Source: an uncultured Erythrobacter sp.
GTDB lineage: Bacteria > Pseudomonadota > Alphaproteobacteria > Sphingomonadales > Sphingomonadaceae
DNA length: 64,000 bases
Assembly (NCBI GenBank): GCA_947495555.1
Contig: CANLZI010000001.1
Location: 36,861 to 100,860, forward strand
Reading direction: 5' to 3'
In this document: positions 1-8,319 of the stretch, in pieces
Layout: each line of letters begins with the position of its first letter
Position numbering within the stretch: the stretch's first letter is position 1
Notes under the pieces: generated by a model
What the model was told of the DNA's origin: nothing
The model's database searches: none
The model's input: only the letters and a program-made list of their open reading frames with translations
Translations under genes and position numbers: made by a program

Positions 1-1
1 C

Positions 2-643
2 GCCCATCATTGACCCCATCGAGCTGTTATCGCCTTGGGCGGAGAATCCTAGCGCATTTACGCGCACCACATTGTTATCGCGCTTGATCACTTGAACGAA
101 CATATTGGCAGACGGGAAGCCCTCGATCACAGGAAACAACAGATCGTGGGACAATTGCCCCTCGACGGCAAATTCGACATCGAAAACGCCGTTGCCCTTC
201 ACCTCAACCTTATTCCAACCTTCGTGACGCAGCAGCAACTGTCGCAATTCTTCATTGGCTTCTGGGTCTGTGGGATCAATCCCGCCCATCATGGCCGCCA
301 TTTCCTGAGCTTCTTTCTCAGTCTTGGCCGCCTTTTGCTCAGCGCGTTCTTCCCAATCGGATCGCTGCTCTGCCAATTCTTCTTCGGTGCATTCGCGAAC
401 GTCAAAATTGTCGTCGTAACATTCGTCGGCGCTGAATTCCCCCATCGAACCTCCCATCTTGGCCAACTCGCTAAGGCCCAGAAAGAAAATCTCGCCATCA
501 TAGCTAAAGGCGAAGCTACCATCCTGTTCCAGTTCGAGCTGCGAGGTGAATTTGCCCGGCGTTACAAAGCAGCTGGTCAAGGCAAGCGAGGCGATAACCA
601 GCAGCCCAGCTGCGCGTGTTTTGATGGAAGATAGGCGATTCAT
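2..643 (-). CDS. Hypothetical lipoprotein, partial (runs off the left edge)
   Basis: Manual translation from ATG at 643 gives MNRLSSIKTRAAGLLVIASLALTSCFVTPGKF..., a signal peptide with lipobox LTSC. The frame is open to the window edge, so it is absent from the ORF track. Confidence 0.8.
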   Translation of the reverse strand, partial: MNRLSSIKTRAAGLLVIASLALTSCFVTPGKFTSQLELEQDGSFAFSYDGEIFFLGLSELAKMGGSMGEFSADECYDDNFDVRECTEEELAEQRSDWEERAEQKAAKTEKEAQEMAAMMGGIDPTDPEANEELRQLLLRHEGWNKVEVKGNGVFDVEFAVEGQLSHDLLFPVIEGFPSANMFVQVIKRDNNVVRVNALGFSAQGDNSSMGSMMG

Positions 644-676
644 GATAGGTCTCTCTTTTCCCGGCTCTCTCGGGGT

Positions 677-1471
677 TTAGCTATTTCGCGTGGCAACGGC
701 GTACAATGCAATTGCTGCTGCATTGCTAACATTCAGGCTTTCTATGGAGCTTGAGATTGGCAGTTTGGCCAAAGCATCGCAATGCCCCTCGACATTGCTG
801 CGCATACCGTCACCTTCAGCACCCAGGACCAGCGCGATTGGACCGGCGGGCAGGGCGTTGCCCAAGGTCTCCTCAGCCGCTCCGGTCAATCCGATGCGCC
901 AATAACCGGCCTCGGCCATGTCCTCCATTGCTCGGGCCAAATTGACCACCCGCACCCACGGCACCGTTTCCAGCGCGCCCGATGCAGATTTTGCGACAAC
1001 CCCGGATTCGGGCGGAGCATGGCGGTCTTGCGTTACAATAGCCGCAGCTCCGAATGCTGCCGCGGATCGCAAGATCGCGCCGACATTATGAGGGTCGGTG
1101 ACTTGGTCCAGCACCACCAAGGGGCCGGACGGAGCGTCTCCAATCACCTCGTCTAGGAACACATTTTCCAGCTGAGCGCATTCCAGCACCAATCCTTGAT
1201 GCGGGGCATCACGCGCAACCAACCGGCCAAGATCGGCTGGCTCGGCATATTCGATCGGAAAATCGGGTGGTAAGTCCCCATCCAGCGTTTCGATGCCTTC
1301 GCGCGTTGCCCACAGCTTGCGGTGATTGCGCAAAGGGTTCGTCAATGCGGCCTCCACCGCATGGCGTCCCCACAGTCGGACACTGCCTGACGAGGCCCGG
1401 CCTGAACCGCGCCCGCCCTTCATCCGACCAGCTCTACCTCTGAGCGCGCGTTTGCGCTCTGACTTTGCCAT
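677..1471 (-). CDS. rlmB: 23S rRNA (guanosine-2'-O)-methyltransferase, TrmH/SpoU family
   Basis: SPOUT motifs LDQVTDPHNVGAILRSA, LGAEGDGMR and ESLNVSNAAA. Start set at MAKSER (1471). Confidence 0.9.
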   Translation of the reverse strand: MAKSERKRALRGRAGRMKGGRGSGRASSGSVRLWGRHAVEAALTNPLRNHRKLWATREGIETLDGDLPPDFPIEYAEPADLGRLVARDAPHQGLVLECAQLENVFLDEVIGDAPSGPLVVLDQVTDPHNVGAILRSAAAFGAAAIVTQDRHAPPESGVVAKSASGALETVPWVRVVNLARAMEDMAEAGYWRIGLTGAAEETLGNALPAGPIALVLGAEGDGMRSNVEGHCDALAKLPISSSIESLNVSNAAAIALYAVATRNS

Positions 1472-1520
1472 GATTGCTTCCTTGTTGGTGATTTCAATTT
1501 CTTCCCTGCCAGTCGACCCA

Positions 1521-1526
1521 TTGACA
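1521..1526 (+). promoter_or_regulatory. Sigma70 -35 hexamer, probable tRNA-Tyr promoter
   Basis: Perfect TTGACA about 85 bp upstream of the tRNA. Confidence 0.5.
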
Positions 1527-1611
1527 GGCAAGCGCCGCTTCGCCAAAGGGGCGCCTCTCGGCAAATGACCCCGACCCGTTCGGGCGTCGATTTTCCCGCT
1601 GACATGGAAGT

Positions 1612-1697
1612 GGACAGGTGGCCGAGTGGTTAAAGGCAGCAGACTGTAAATCTGCCCGCGCAAGCGTACATAGGTTCGAATCCTATCCTGTCCACCA
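1612..1697 (+). tRNA. tRNA-Tyr(GTA)
   Basis: Cloverleaf: GGACAGG acceptor stem, anticodon loop CTGTAAA, long variable arm, GTTCGAATCC T-arm and encoded CCA. Confidence 0.97.
1674..1697 (+). repeat. attL (3' end of tRNA-Tyr)
   Basis: GTTCGAATCCTATCCTGTCCACCA, repeated at 16219-16241 with one base missing. Confidence 0.9.
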
Positions 1698-1810
1698 CTT
1701 CCTTTTCCGGCAATGACCGTGCGCTACCGTAGAAGCCTTGGAATTCCGGGCTTTTCATGCCCGAGGATGCTCGCCTGATACCGTTGCTGTTTGCGTGCAA
1801 CCGCGCTATT

Positions 1811-1889
1811 GTGTGGTAGTAAAGTGTGGGAGGGGACCCTTACTCCCACACTGAGCCTCGCGGGCGAAGGCCCGGAAAGTGTGGGAGTA
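1811..1889. promoter_or_regulatory. Putative integrase arm-type sites and hairpin upstream of int
   Basis: GTGTGGTAG and GTGTGGGAG direct repeats (1811, 1824). A perfect 12-bp inverted repeat, TACTCCCACACT (1841-1852) / AGTGTGGGAGTA (1878-1889), overlaps the int RBS. Confidence 0.6.
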
Positions 1890-1891
1890 GA

Positions 1892-3121
1892 ATGGGCAGC
1901 TTGACGGCAGTCGCTGTAAAGGCAGCGTTAGCGAATCCGGGCACTTACAGTGACGGTGATGGTCTAATCTTAAAAATTGACAAACGTGGCGGAGCTTATT
2001 GGGTTTGTAGATTGCAGAGAGACGGGAAAAGGCAGGATGTTGGACTGGGTAGTGCCAAGCTATTGAGCTTGGCTGAAGCGCGAGAAAAATCGCGAGATAT
2101 CCGCAAAGCAGTGAAAATCGACAAGCGCGACGTTATTGCAGAACGACGGGATGCTATTGCTGCAAAAGTCACCTTCCGTGAGGCGGCTGAAATCTATCAT
2201 GCTGAGAATGAGGCTGGTTGGAAAAGCGAAGTCTATGCTCGCCAATGGCTCGCAAGCCTAGAGAATCACGCGTTCCCGAAACTGGGCAACGTTCCGACCG
2301 GTGGGATCACAGCAGCCGACATTATTGATGTGCTGACTCCGATCTGGCAGGAAATCCCTGAGACGGCTCGACAGGTACGCAATCGTATCTGTGCAGTATT
2401 GGATTTTTCACATGCCAAAGGTTGGCGTTCAAGCGAAGCGCCCTCGGGCAGTGGAAGCCTGAAGGCTGGGCGCGGTCTTCCTCGACAAGTAAAAGAGCGC
2501 AAGAACCGCAAGGCCATGCCATATGTGGCTGTCCCGTCTTTCATCGTTGCGCTTCAACGCAAACCCTCTTTCGGACGTCTGGCGTTAGAGTTGCTAATTC
2601 TGACCGGCGTGCGTTCGCAGGAAGTAAGACTCGCGACTTGGGACGAGTTTGATGTCGAATCTCGGCTTTGGACTATACCAGCTAATCACATGAAACGGGC
2701 GAAGGCGCATGTTGTCCCGCTCTCTTTCGCATCTATGGCCGTGCTTTCAAAAGCTGCAGCACTGAAGGTGGCAGGCACGGAAACTGTGTTTCCGGGGACT
2801 AGCGGGAAGCCTCTCTCCGACATGACACTTCTAAAGGTATTGCGCGACGCAAGCGAGCCATACCATGTTCACGGCTTTCGATCTTCGTTCACCGATTGGG
2901 CAGCGAATGAGGGATTTCCCGATGCTGTGGTTGAGGCCGCGCTGGCGCACAAAACACCTGATGCTGTGCAGGCCGCTTATCGCAGAACGACGTACTTGGG
3001 CACGGCAGCCAAGCCGGGTGCGCGCGTTGAGTTGATGGAGGCTTGGGGGCGCTATTGCTCGGAAGACGCAAGTGAAAAGGCTGATGTAATATCGATTATA
3101 ACAGCAGGAGGTCGCCAATGA
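1892..3121 (+). CDS. P4-type tyrosine integrase with N-terminal arm-binding domain
   Basis: N-terminal SDGDGLILKI...RQDVGLG and catalytic motifs LTGVRSQE, HGFRSSF, ALAH and AAY. It lies immediately inside attL. Confidence 0.95.
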   Translation: MGSLTAVAVKAALANPGTYSDGDGLILKIDKRGGAYWVCRLQRDGKRQDVGLGSAKLLSLAEAREKSRDIRKAVKIDKRDVIAERRDAIAAKVTFREAAEIYHAENEAGWKSEVYARQWLASLENHAFPKLGNVPTGGITAADIIDVLTPIWQEIPETARQVRNRICAVLDFSHAKGWRSSEAPSGSGSLKAGRGLPRQVKERKNRKAMPYVAVPSFIVALQRKPSFGRLALELLILTGVRSQEVRLATWDEFDVESRLWTIPANHMKRAKAHVVPLSFASMAVLSKAAALKVAGTETVFPGTSGKPLSDMTLLKVLRDASEPYHVHGFRSSFTDWAANEGFPDAVVEAALAHKTPDAVQAAYRRTTYLGTAAKPGARVELMEAWGRYCSEDASEKADVISIITAGGRQ

Positions 3122-3741
3122 GCAAAGGTTGGATAAGCGCATCCGATTTAGCGCATGCGGTATGGAAAGAGAAGAAGCCCTCTCCGCCGCCGAACTCGAT
3201 CACAGAGCGAGCGTACGATGGATTGTTGGATACCGAGGCCGAGACGTTCATTCGGCGGACGGGCAACGGCGCGATTAGATTGGATGTTTGCCCGATTCCA
3301 ACCTCCTTCTGGCGTGGAGAGCGAATGATCCCAAATTGGGATACTGGTGATTTCTTAGCGTGGGTGAGAGAAGAGGATGGAGAGTTCGTAGAGTGGAAGG
3401 TCTATGGAGTTAAGTTCGCAAAATCTGGGCTCGATGATTTCCTCAAGACGGCTTCGTCTGAAATTGCGATCTCCCAAACTCCCGCTGCAGCGCCCAATAT
3501 CCTTAGGCACAACCCGGGGAAGTATGACTGGGCAAGGGCAGTTGGCTCGATCATTTTTGAATGGGCGGATTCGGGAAGTTGGCACCCAGAATCGCAGGCA
3601 GAGATAGAGGGCAAGTTAGCTGCCTGGTTCTCCAAACAGCCTCTGAACAAAGATGGTTCCCTAGATATTCCGGATAAGAAACTGCTGAGAAAATATGGGA
3701 AGTGGCTTTTGGGGGAGTTCGAAAGGCGGGTCGGGGAATAG
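3118..3741 (+). CDS. Hypothetical protein, coupled to int; possible C-terminal DNA-binding domain
   Basis: ATGA overlap with int. The C-terminal PGKYDW...SQAEI...WF segment resembles proteins found after integrases in such elements (impression only). Confidence 0.7.
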   Translation: MSKGWISASDLAHAVWKEKKPSPPPNSITERAYDGLLDTEAETFIRRTGNGAIRLDVCPIPTSFWRGERMIPNWDTGDFLAWVREEDGEFVEWKVYGVKFAKSGLDDFLKTASSEIAISQTPAAAPNILRHNPGKYDWARAVGSIIFEWADSGSWHPESQAEIEGKLAAWFSKQPLNKDGSLDIPDKKLLRKYGKWLLGEFERRVGE

Positions 3742-3765
3742 CCTCAGTTCCCCTTTACTCCCCCA
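3710..3765. repeat. Nested inverted repeat upstream of the excisionase gene
   Basis: TGGGGGAGT (3710-3718) / ACTCCCCCA (3757-3765), with an inner GGGGAA/TTCCCC pair. Confidence 0.55.
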
Positions 3766-3850
3766 TAGTCACTGACAGTCATCCCTTTCAGCTGGCAACT
3801 AGCCGTCATGCCACGTGCAATCCCGCGCTGGCATTTACGGAGCACCCACG

Positions 3851-4039
3851 ATGAAGCCAATCCTCTGTAGTCAAGCCGACGCTTGCGAGATGCTTGCAAT
3901 CGGCAGAACCAAACTGAGCGAGTTGATCTCGCAAGGTGAGCTTGAGAGCGTTCGGATCGGCGCAAGGCGGCTTGTGAAGATTGCCAGCGTTATGCGGCTC
4001 GCCGAAGTAGAATCAGATGAACAAACGGTGGGTGCGTAA
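3851..4039 (+). CDS. Excisionase/AlpA-like HTH DNA-binding protein
   Basis: 62 aa, EACEML-type HTH sequence ADACEMLAIGRTKLSELISQGELESVRIGARRLV, typical of recombination directionality factors. Confidence 0.85.
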   Translation: MKPILCSQADACEMLAIGRTKLSELISQGELESVRIGARRLVKIASVMRLAEVESDEQTVGA

Positions 4040-4509
4040 TGGAAATGGCACCAACTTGGATTGATGCTGGCATGGCCCGTGAGTGGCAATGCAGGCGATC
4101 TGCGAGACTTGACCTTACCGATCGGTGGTTTGTTTTTCTGGATGAAAGCTGGTCTGCATTTATAGTGCAGAGTGGGAACGCTGGTCACGGCAGCTTCGGC
4201 GGCGATGACTCATGCTACGATGCCAAGGAAGCCGCGTCCGCTATTGAGAGGTGGGCCAAGCCGAATGCCGGGCTAGAAACCGGTTCAGCGTTCTTCGAAG
4301 CCCTAGAACGTGATCTGCGTCTAGCAGAAACCGCAGGAACACCGCTCGACATAGTCCGAGCGAAATACCTGCTGCAGGCCATGCGGGCGCGGGCCGCCAT
4401 GGCTAAGTCAGCGGATGAACCGCCTTTCACAGACTTTGGGAAGGGTCAGCCTCTTGATCTTGAAGATGCATCCTATTTGAGCGCTCGGGAGGCAGGTTTT
4501 GGTGGCTGA
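4039..4509 (+). CDS. Hypothetical protein
   Basis: 156-aa ORF overlapping both xis and the primase gene in an operon-like arrangement. Confidence 0.65.
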   Translation: MEMAPTWIDAGMAREWQCRRSARLDLTDRWFVFLDESWSAFIVQSGNAGHGSFGGDDSCYDAKEAASAIERWAKPNAGLETGSAFFEALERDLRLAETAGTPLDIVRAKYLLQAMRARAAMAKSADEPPFTDFGKGQPLDLEDASYLSAREAGFGG

Positions 4510-6832
4510 GCTTCAGACAAACACCGGTTGCCAAGCCGTCGAGTACGCCCGCCACGGTTTTGCACTGTGCCCGATCCCTCTTGGCAGCAAAGGACCGAAG
4601 ACCAAGGGTTGGAATCTCTTGGGCAACGCCATCACTAATGACAACGAAGCACAAAAGTTGAACGGCAACATTGGCCTTCTGCACGCGTACTCAGGAACGA
4701 TGGCATTGGATATCGATGACTTTGCGCAAGCAGAAGAGTGGCTAGAGTTTAGGGGAATAAACTTACGCGGGTTCTTCGCAACTAATGACTATGTTGAGAT
4801 CGTATCAGGGCGCGAAGGCAGCGCAAAGCTTCTCTATCAGTTGCCGGCCGGAGTCGATCCAATTCCTACGCTGAAGATCAGGAATACGGCAGGGAAAGTA
4901 ATCCTAGAGTTCCGCTGCGCAGGCTCGACAGGCAACTCAGATCAAGACCTCCTGCCACCTTCGATCCATCCTCATACTAAGCGACCATACCAATGGAGAG
5001 GTCCGGGTAGTTTCACCTCTCTGCCCATTATTCCGGACGCGCTTTACTCAATTTGGAAAGAGCAACTCGAAAGGTCCGGCAAGCCTTCTCAATCGCCGCC
5101 CTCACAATCGACATTGTTGCCAGCCAATCTGACCAGTAATGAATTGCCCGACTGTCCAGAAAATCGAGCAGAGCTATCTAGGCTTCTGCGGTTGGTTGCG
5201 GAAGGCCAGAGGATATTTGACCCGAGTTCTGGCCGCGACGATTGGCTGAGAGTCTTGTGGAGTATAAGAGCGCTCGGAGACTGGACGCGAAGTCAGGCGC
5301 GTGAATGGTGCGAGGAGGGGGACAACTGCGTTCCGGAGCATTTTGGCCGCGACTGGGATAGCTTCGATTCATTGAGACAAGGCGGAGTCACGGAAGCATC
5401 TTTCTTTGCAAAACTTTCTCATGCCAATGTGCAGCACAGCTTTGTGAGGCATGGTCATTCTACCAAGGCCGTAACCGCGTCACCTCCGCCTCCACCACCG
5501 CAGTTATTGATAGGATCGCGGAGGCTGGACCCAGAACGTGCAGCGAGTCTGATGAGCCTTCCTAGCCAGCTTCCTGCCCAAACAGCGGTCGAAGAGCTGA
5601 ATCAGTTTGTCGGAGTTGCACATGATTGGGGTGGTAAGCCTACGCTTCTCCGGACCGACGCGGAAGGTCGCACATACCAGTGCACGCGAGAAGACATTCG
5701 AATGCTACTGGCTAATCGGTTCGTGAAGAAGGATGACGGCAGCAAGAAATCAGCATTCTCTTACTGGGAAAGTAGTCCGTCAAAACGGACGGTTGCCAAA
5801 GTTGTCTTTGATCCCACAGGCGCATCCACCAATAGGTTCGGCGAGCCATTGCTAAACCTTTGGCAAGGTTTTGCTACCGAACCGAAGCAGGGAAAAGCGG
5901 GAAGAATGATGACCCACCTCCACACAGTGATCTGTCGCGGTGACGAGGGAAACTTTCATTATCTTCTGGGATGGATGGCGCACCTTGTTCAGCGCCCTTG
6001 GGAAGCGCCGGGTGTAGTCGTCGTGTTGCGCAGCTCGCGAGAAGGAACGGGCAAAACTACCGTGATAGGATGGCTAGCCGAGATGCTTGGCTTACATGGG
6101 CTGATGCTTTCCGAGCCTACGCAACTCTTGGGCCGCTTCAACTCACATCTGGAGACCCTCTGTTTCGTTGGCTTGAACGAACTGGGTTGGGCTGGCGACA
6201 AGGACGCAACAGCCAAACTCAAGTCGATCATCACAGATCCGACAATTACAATCGAACGCAAACATGGAGGTGTCTATTCCGTCCCGAATGTACTGCACAT
6301 CATGGCGAGTTCTAACAATGATTGGGTAGTGCCTGCAGGTGACCGTGCGCGCAGGTTTTTTGTCCTTGATGTCGATCCCAGCCGCACGGACGATACCGCA
6401 TACTTCAATGCCCTTCATACGGAGGCACAGAATGGCGGGGTAGCTGCGCTAATGCATTACTTGCTTGGGTTCGATCTCGCCAAGGTCAATCTGCGGGCTG
6501 TGCCAGTTACTGATGCGCTCAGAGAACAGCAAGAATTGTCGCTATCGCTTCAGGCTCAATGGGCGTTGGACCTTGCCGACCGAGCTAAAGAGCACAGTCA
6601 TGCAGGCATAGTGGCATTTGGGCAATTGCAGCCAATACGCACCCTCTATGATGACTATTGTTCATTTGTCCGCGAGCGTCGCAAGCAACCCATCGGATGC
6701 ATCGCATTTGGCCGATGGCTGACGAAGATCGGCCTGGAGACTGAACGAACAAGCAGTCATCGACTTCGAGTTCTACCGACACCCACCGAGTTTGCACAGC
6801 TCATTCGGCAGAGCGCTGGGGTTCACAGATGA
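4502..6832 (+). CDS. Primase-helicase: Prim-Pol + PriCT-2-like + SF3/D5-like (DUF5906-type) NTPase
   Basis: N-terminal YARHGFALCPI..KGP..KGW...NIGL...ALDID; middle RDDWLRVLWSI...REW; Walker A REGTGKT; VGLNE and MASSN motifs. Confidence 0.9.
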   Translation: MAELQTNTGCQAVEYARHGFALCPIPLGSKGPKTKGWNLLGNAITNDNEAQKLNGNIGLLHAYSGTMALDIDDFAQAEEWLEFRGINLRGFFATNDYVEIVSGREGSAKLLYQLPAGVDPIPTLKIRNTAGKVILEFRCAGSTGNSDQDLLPPSIHPHTKRPYQWRGPGSFTSLPIIPDALYSIWKEQLERSGKPSQSPPSQSTLLPANLTSNELPDCPENRAELSRLLRLVAEGQRIFDPSSGRDDWLRVLWSIRALGDWTRSQAREWCEEGDNCVPEHFGRDWDSFDSLRQGGVTEASFFAKLSHANVQHSFVRHGHSTKAVTASPPPPPPQLLIGSRRLDPERAASLMSLPSQLPAQTAVEELNQFVGVAHDWGGKPTLLRTDAEGRTYQCTREDIRMLLANRFVKKDDGSKKSAFSYWESSPSKRTVAKVVFDPTGASTNRFGEPLLNLWQGFATEPKQGKAGRMMTHLHTVICRGDEGNFHYLLGWMAHLVQRPWEAPGVVVVLRSSREGTGKTTVIGWLAEMLGLHGLMLSEPTQLLGRFNSHLETLCFVGLNELGWAGDKDATAKLKSIITDPTITIERKHGGVYSVPNVLHIMASSNNDWVVPAGDRARRFFVLDVDPSRTDDTAYFNALHTEAQNGGVAALMHYLLGFDLAKVNLRAVPVTDALREQQELSLSLQAQWALDLADRAKEHSHAGIVAFGQLQPIRTLYDDYCSFVRERRKQPIGCIAFGRWLTKIGLETERTSSHRLRVLPTPTEFAQLIRQSAGVHR

Positions 6833-6842
6833 CGCGTTATTC

Positions 6843-7020
6843 TGACAATGATCTTCCTCCACTGTCATCTGGCGTTTCGAGGCAGTTTGACGGCTGTGAC
6901 AACAATGACAGCGTAAGCCAGCGCTCTTGGCATTTTTGCTGACAAGGCAAGAACGCAGCGGGCAGTCTATCGATTTCAGCGGATATGAGTTCTAATCTGT
7001 CATTGTTGTCATAGCCGTCA
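6843..7020. repeat. Putative replication origin: TGAC/GTCA iterons with a 24-bp inverted repeat
   Basis: TGACGGCTGTGACAACAATGACAG (6888-6911) and CTGTCATTGTTGTCATAGCCGTCA (6997-7020) are reverse complements with one mismatch. The region lies directly downstream of the primase gene. Confidence 0.7.
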
Positions 7021-7136
7021 CCAGCATTGGAAGTATTGGGTTTTTTGGTGACGCCTCAGTCGAGAGAACCGACACAATTGTCACCGGTCCTACGCCATAT
7101 AACTAACCACCACCGAACTCGAACGAGGTTCCTTCG

Positions 7137-7412
7137 ATGACCGCATACATAAAATCCCTTCAGCGAATGGTTGAGGAGGAAAGGATATCGACACCAGCCG
7201 CGCAGGATTCGAGCTTGGAAAAGCGGTTTGTGGTTTGGTTTGGAACTATTCCTGAGATCAGTCGAGTGCGACCATACAGCATGGTCGAGATCGAACAGGC
7301 ATTGTCGACACAAGGTCGTTATCTCAGCCCGATCATGCTGCGACTTGGTTGGAAACGTCGGCGCAAATGGTCAGGCGAAGGTCAATATCATAGATATTGG
7401 CTTCCTCCTTAG
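7137..7412 (+). CDS. Hypothetical protein, possible winged-helix (LRLGWKRRR motif)
   Basis: 91-aa ORF. The IMLRLGWKRRRKW...YW motif resembles C-terminal wHTH segments of element replication proteins. Confidence 0.6.
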   Translation: MTAYIKSLQRMVEEERISTPAAQDSSLEKRFVVWFGTIPEISRVRPYSMVEIEQALSTQGRYLSPIMLRLGWKRRRKWSGEGQYHRYWLPP

Positions 7413-7430
7413 TGCGCCCCTCTTGTGTGA

Positions 7431-7832
7431 TTATTCGTTAGCGATTGGCTCAATTTCTTCGATCTGATCGCTTTCCAGGCGTTGGCACTTTGTAGTCGAA
7501 CTCGGTCTGAATACTCCTGAAACACGTATCGACGATCCGCTGGCCAACTTGCATAGTGGCACGTCAGTGTTTTCTAGTGGGTCGCCTTCCGGAATATCGA
7601 TCGGTTCAGTATTAGAGCTCGATCGTTTAGTTTTTGTCTGACGACGAGTGGCAGCTGCGGATGCTTCTTCCGCACGCTTTGTTTCAGCATCTGCCTTCTG
7701 TTGCTCAATCTCGTATTTCTTTCGGAGTAGTTCCTGCATCTGTTGTCTGTCTTGGGCCACTGCCGAGTATATTGGTGTGCCTATAACGCTCAAAATGAGT
7801 GCAATCGATAGGACTGTTTTGCACTTACTCAT
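7431..7832 (-). CDS. Hypothetical secreted protein
   Basis: GGAGGAG Shine-Dalgarno before ATG at 7832. Signal peptide ending AVA-QD, then a coiled-coil-like segment. Confidence 0.7.
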   Translation of the reverse strand: MSKCKTVLSIALILSVIGTPIYSAVAQDRQQMQELLRKKYEIEQQKADAETKRAEEASAAATRRQTKTKRSSSNTEPIDIPEGDPLENTDVPLCKLASGSSIRVSGVFRPSSTTKCQRLESDQIEEIEPIANE

Positions 7833-7929
7833 CTGCTCCTCCATCATGCTTTCGGAAACTAGGGCTTGGATTTTCCGGCAATCCTAGCCCGGGAACTAGC
7901 TTGTAAAGTTTCTAGCCGAGTTTTTATGG

Positions 7930-7955
7930 GATTCATAGTCCGTGGACTAATAGTC
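7930..7955 (+). promoter_or_regulatory. Double C-box operator (controller protein site)
   Basis: GATTCATAGTC-CGTG-GACTAATAGTC: two GACT-N3-AGTC-type boxes separated by CGTG, 22 bp upstream of the XRE gene. Confidence 0.8.
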
Positions 7956-7977
7956 ACCTCTTGAGCGAACGGGAGGA

Positions 7978-8214
7978 GTGGATCACTACTTAAGAATTCT
8001 TGGACAACGTATTCGTGCTGCGCGAAAGCAATTGGATATGTCTCAAGAGAAGCTTGCGCATGAAAGTGGCCTTGACCGTAGCTACGTTGGCCGTGTTGAA
8101 AGAGGCGAGCAAAATCTCACCTTCATTTCATTGATCAAGATTGCTGGTGCATTAGGACAGGATGTTGCCGCGCTAACGCACGAGTTTCCTTCGAGCGCAC
8201 CGGACGGAAATTAG
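7978..8214 (+). CDS. XRE-family HTH regulator, restriction-modification controller (C) protein type
   Basis: LGQRIRAARKQLDMSQEKLAHESGLDRSYVGRVERGEQNLT, preceded by a double C-box and GGAGGA RBS. Confidence 0.88.
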   Translation: MDHYLRILGQRIRAARKQLDMSQEKLAHESGLDRSYVGRVERGEQNLTFISLIKIAGALGQDVAALTHEFPSSAPDGN

Positions 8215-8233
8215 ATGAAGTAATCGAGGTTGC

Positions 8234-8265
8234 TGCGTCGGCTTTGCGCCCCAATTTCGGACGTT
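8234..8265 (+). repeat. Junction palindrome family, copy 1
   Basis: TGCGTCGGCTTTGCGCCCCAATTTCGGACGTT, between the convergent C gene and nuclease gene. Confidence 0.7.
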
Positions 8266-8319
8266 ATTGGACGAGGATGGACTTATCAGGAGGGGACATT
8301 GGGTAGAACTGAAACTTCT

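Noticed and set aside
92-634. 180-aa plus-strand ORF
   Set aside because: Antisense shadow of the minus-strand lipoprotein gene (2-643), which has a lipobox and better protein-like composition.
8234-8265. Junction palindromes as chromosomal dif or simple terminators
   Set aside because: No match to the XerD arm (TTATGTTAAA-like), and multiple copies are present. They lack consistent U-tracts and have mismatched stems around an asymmetric core.
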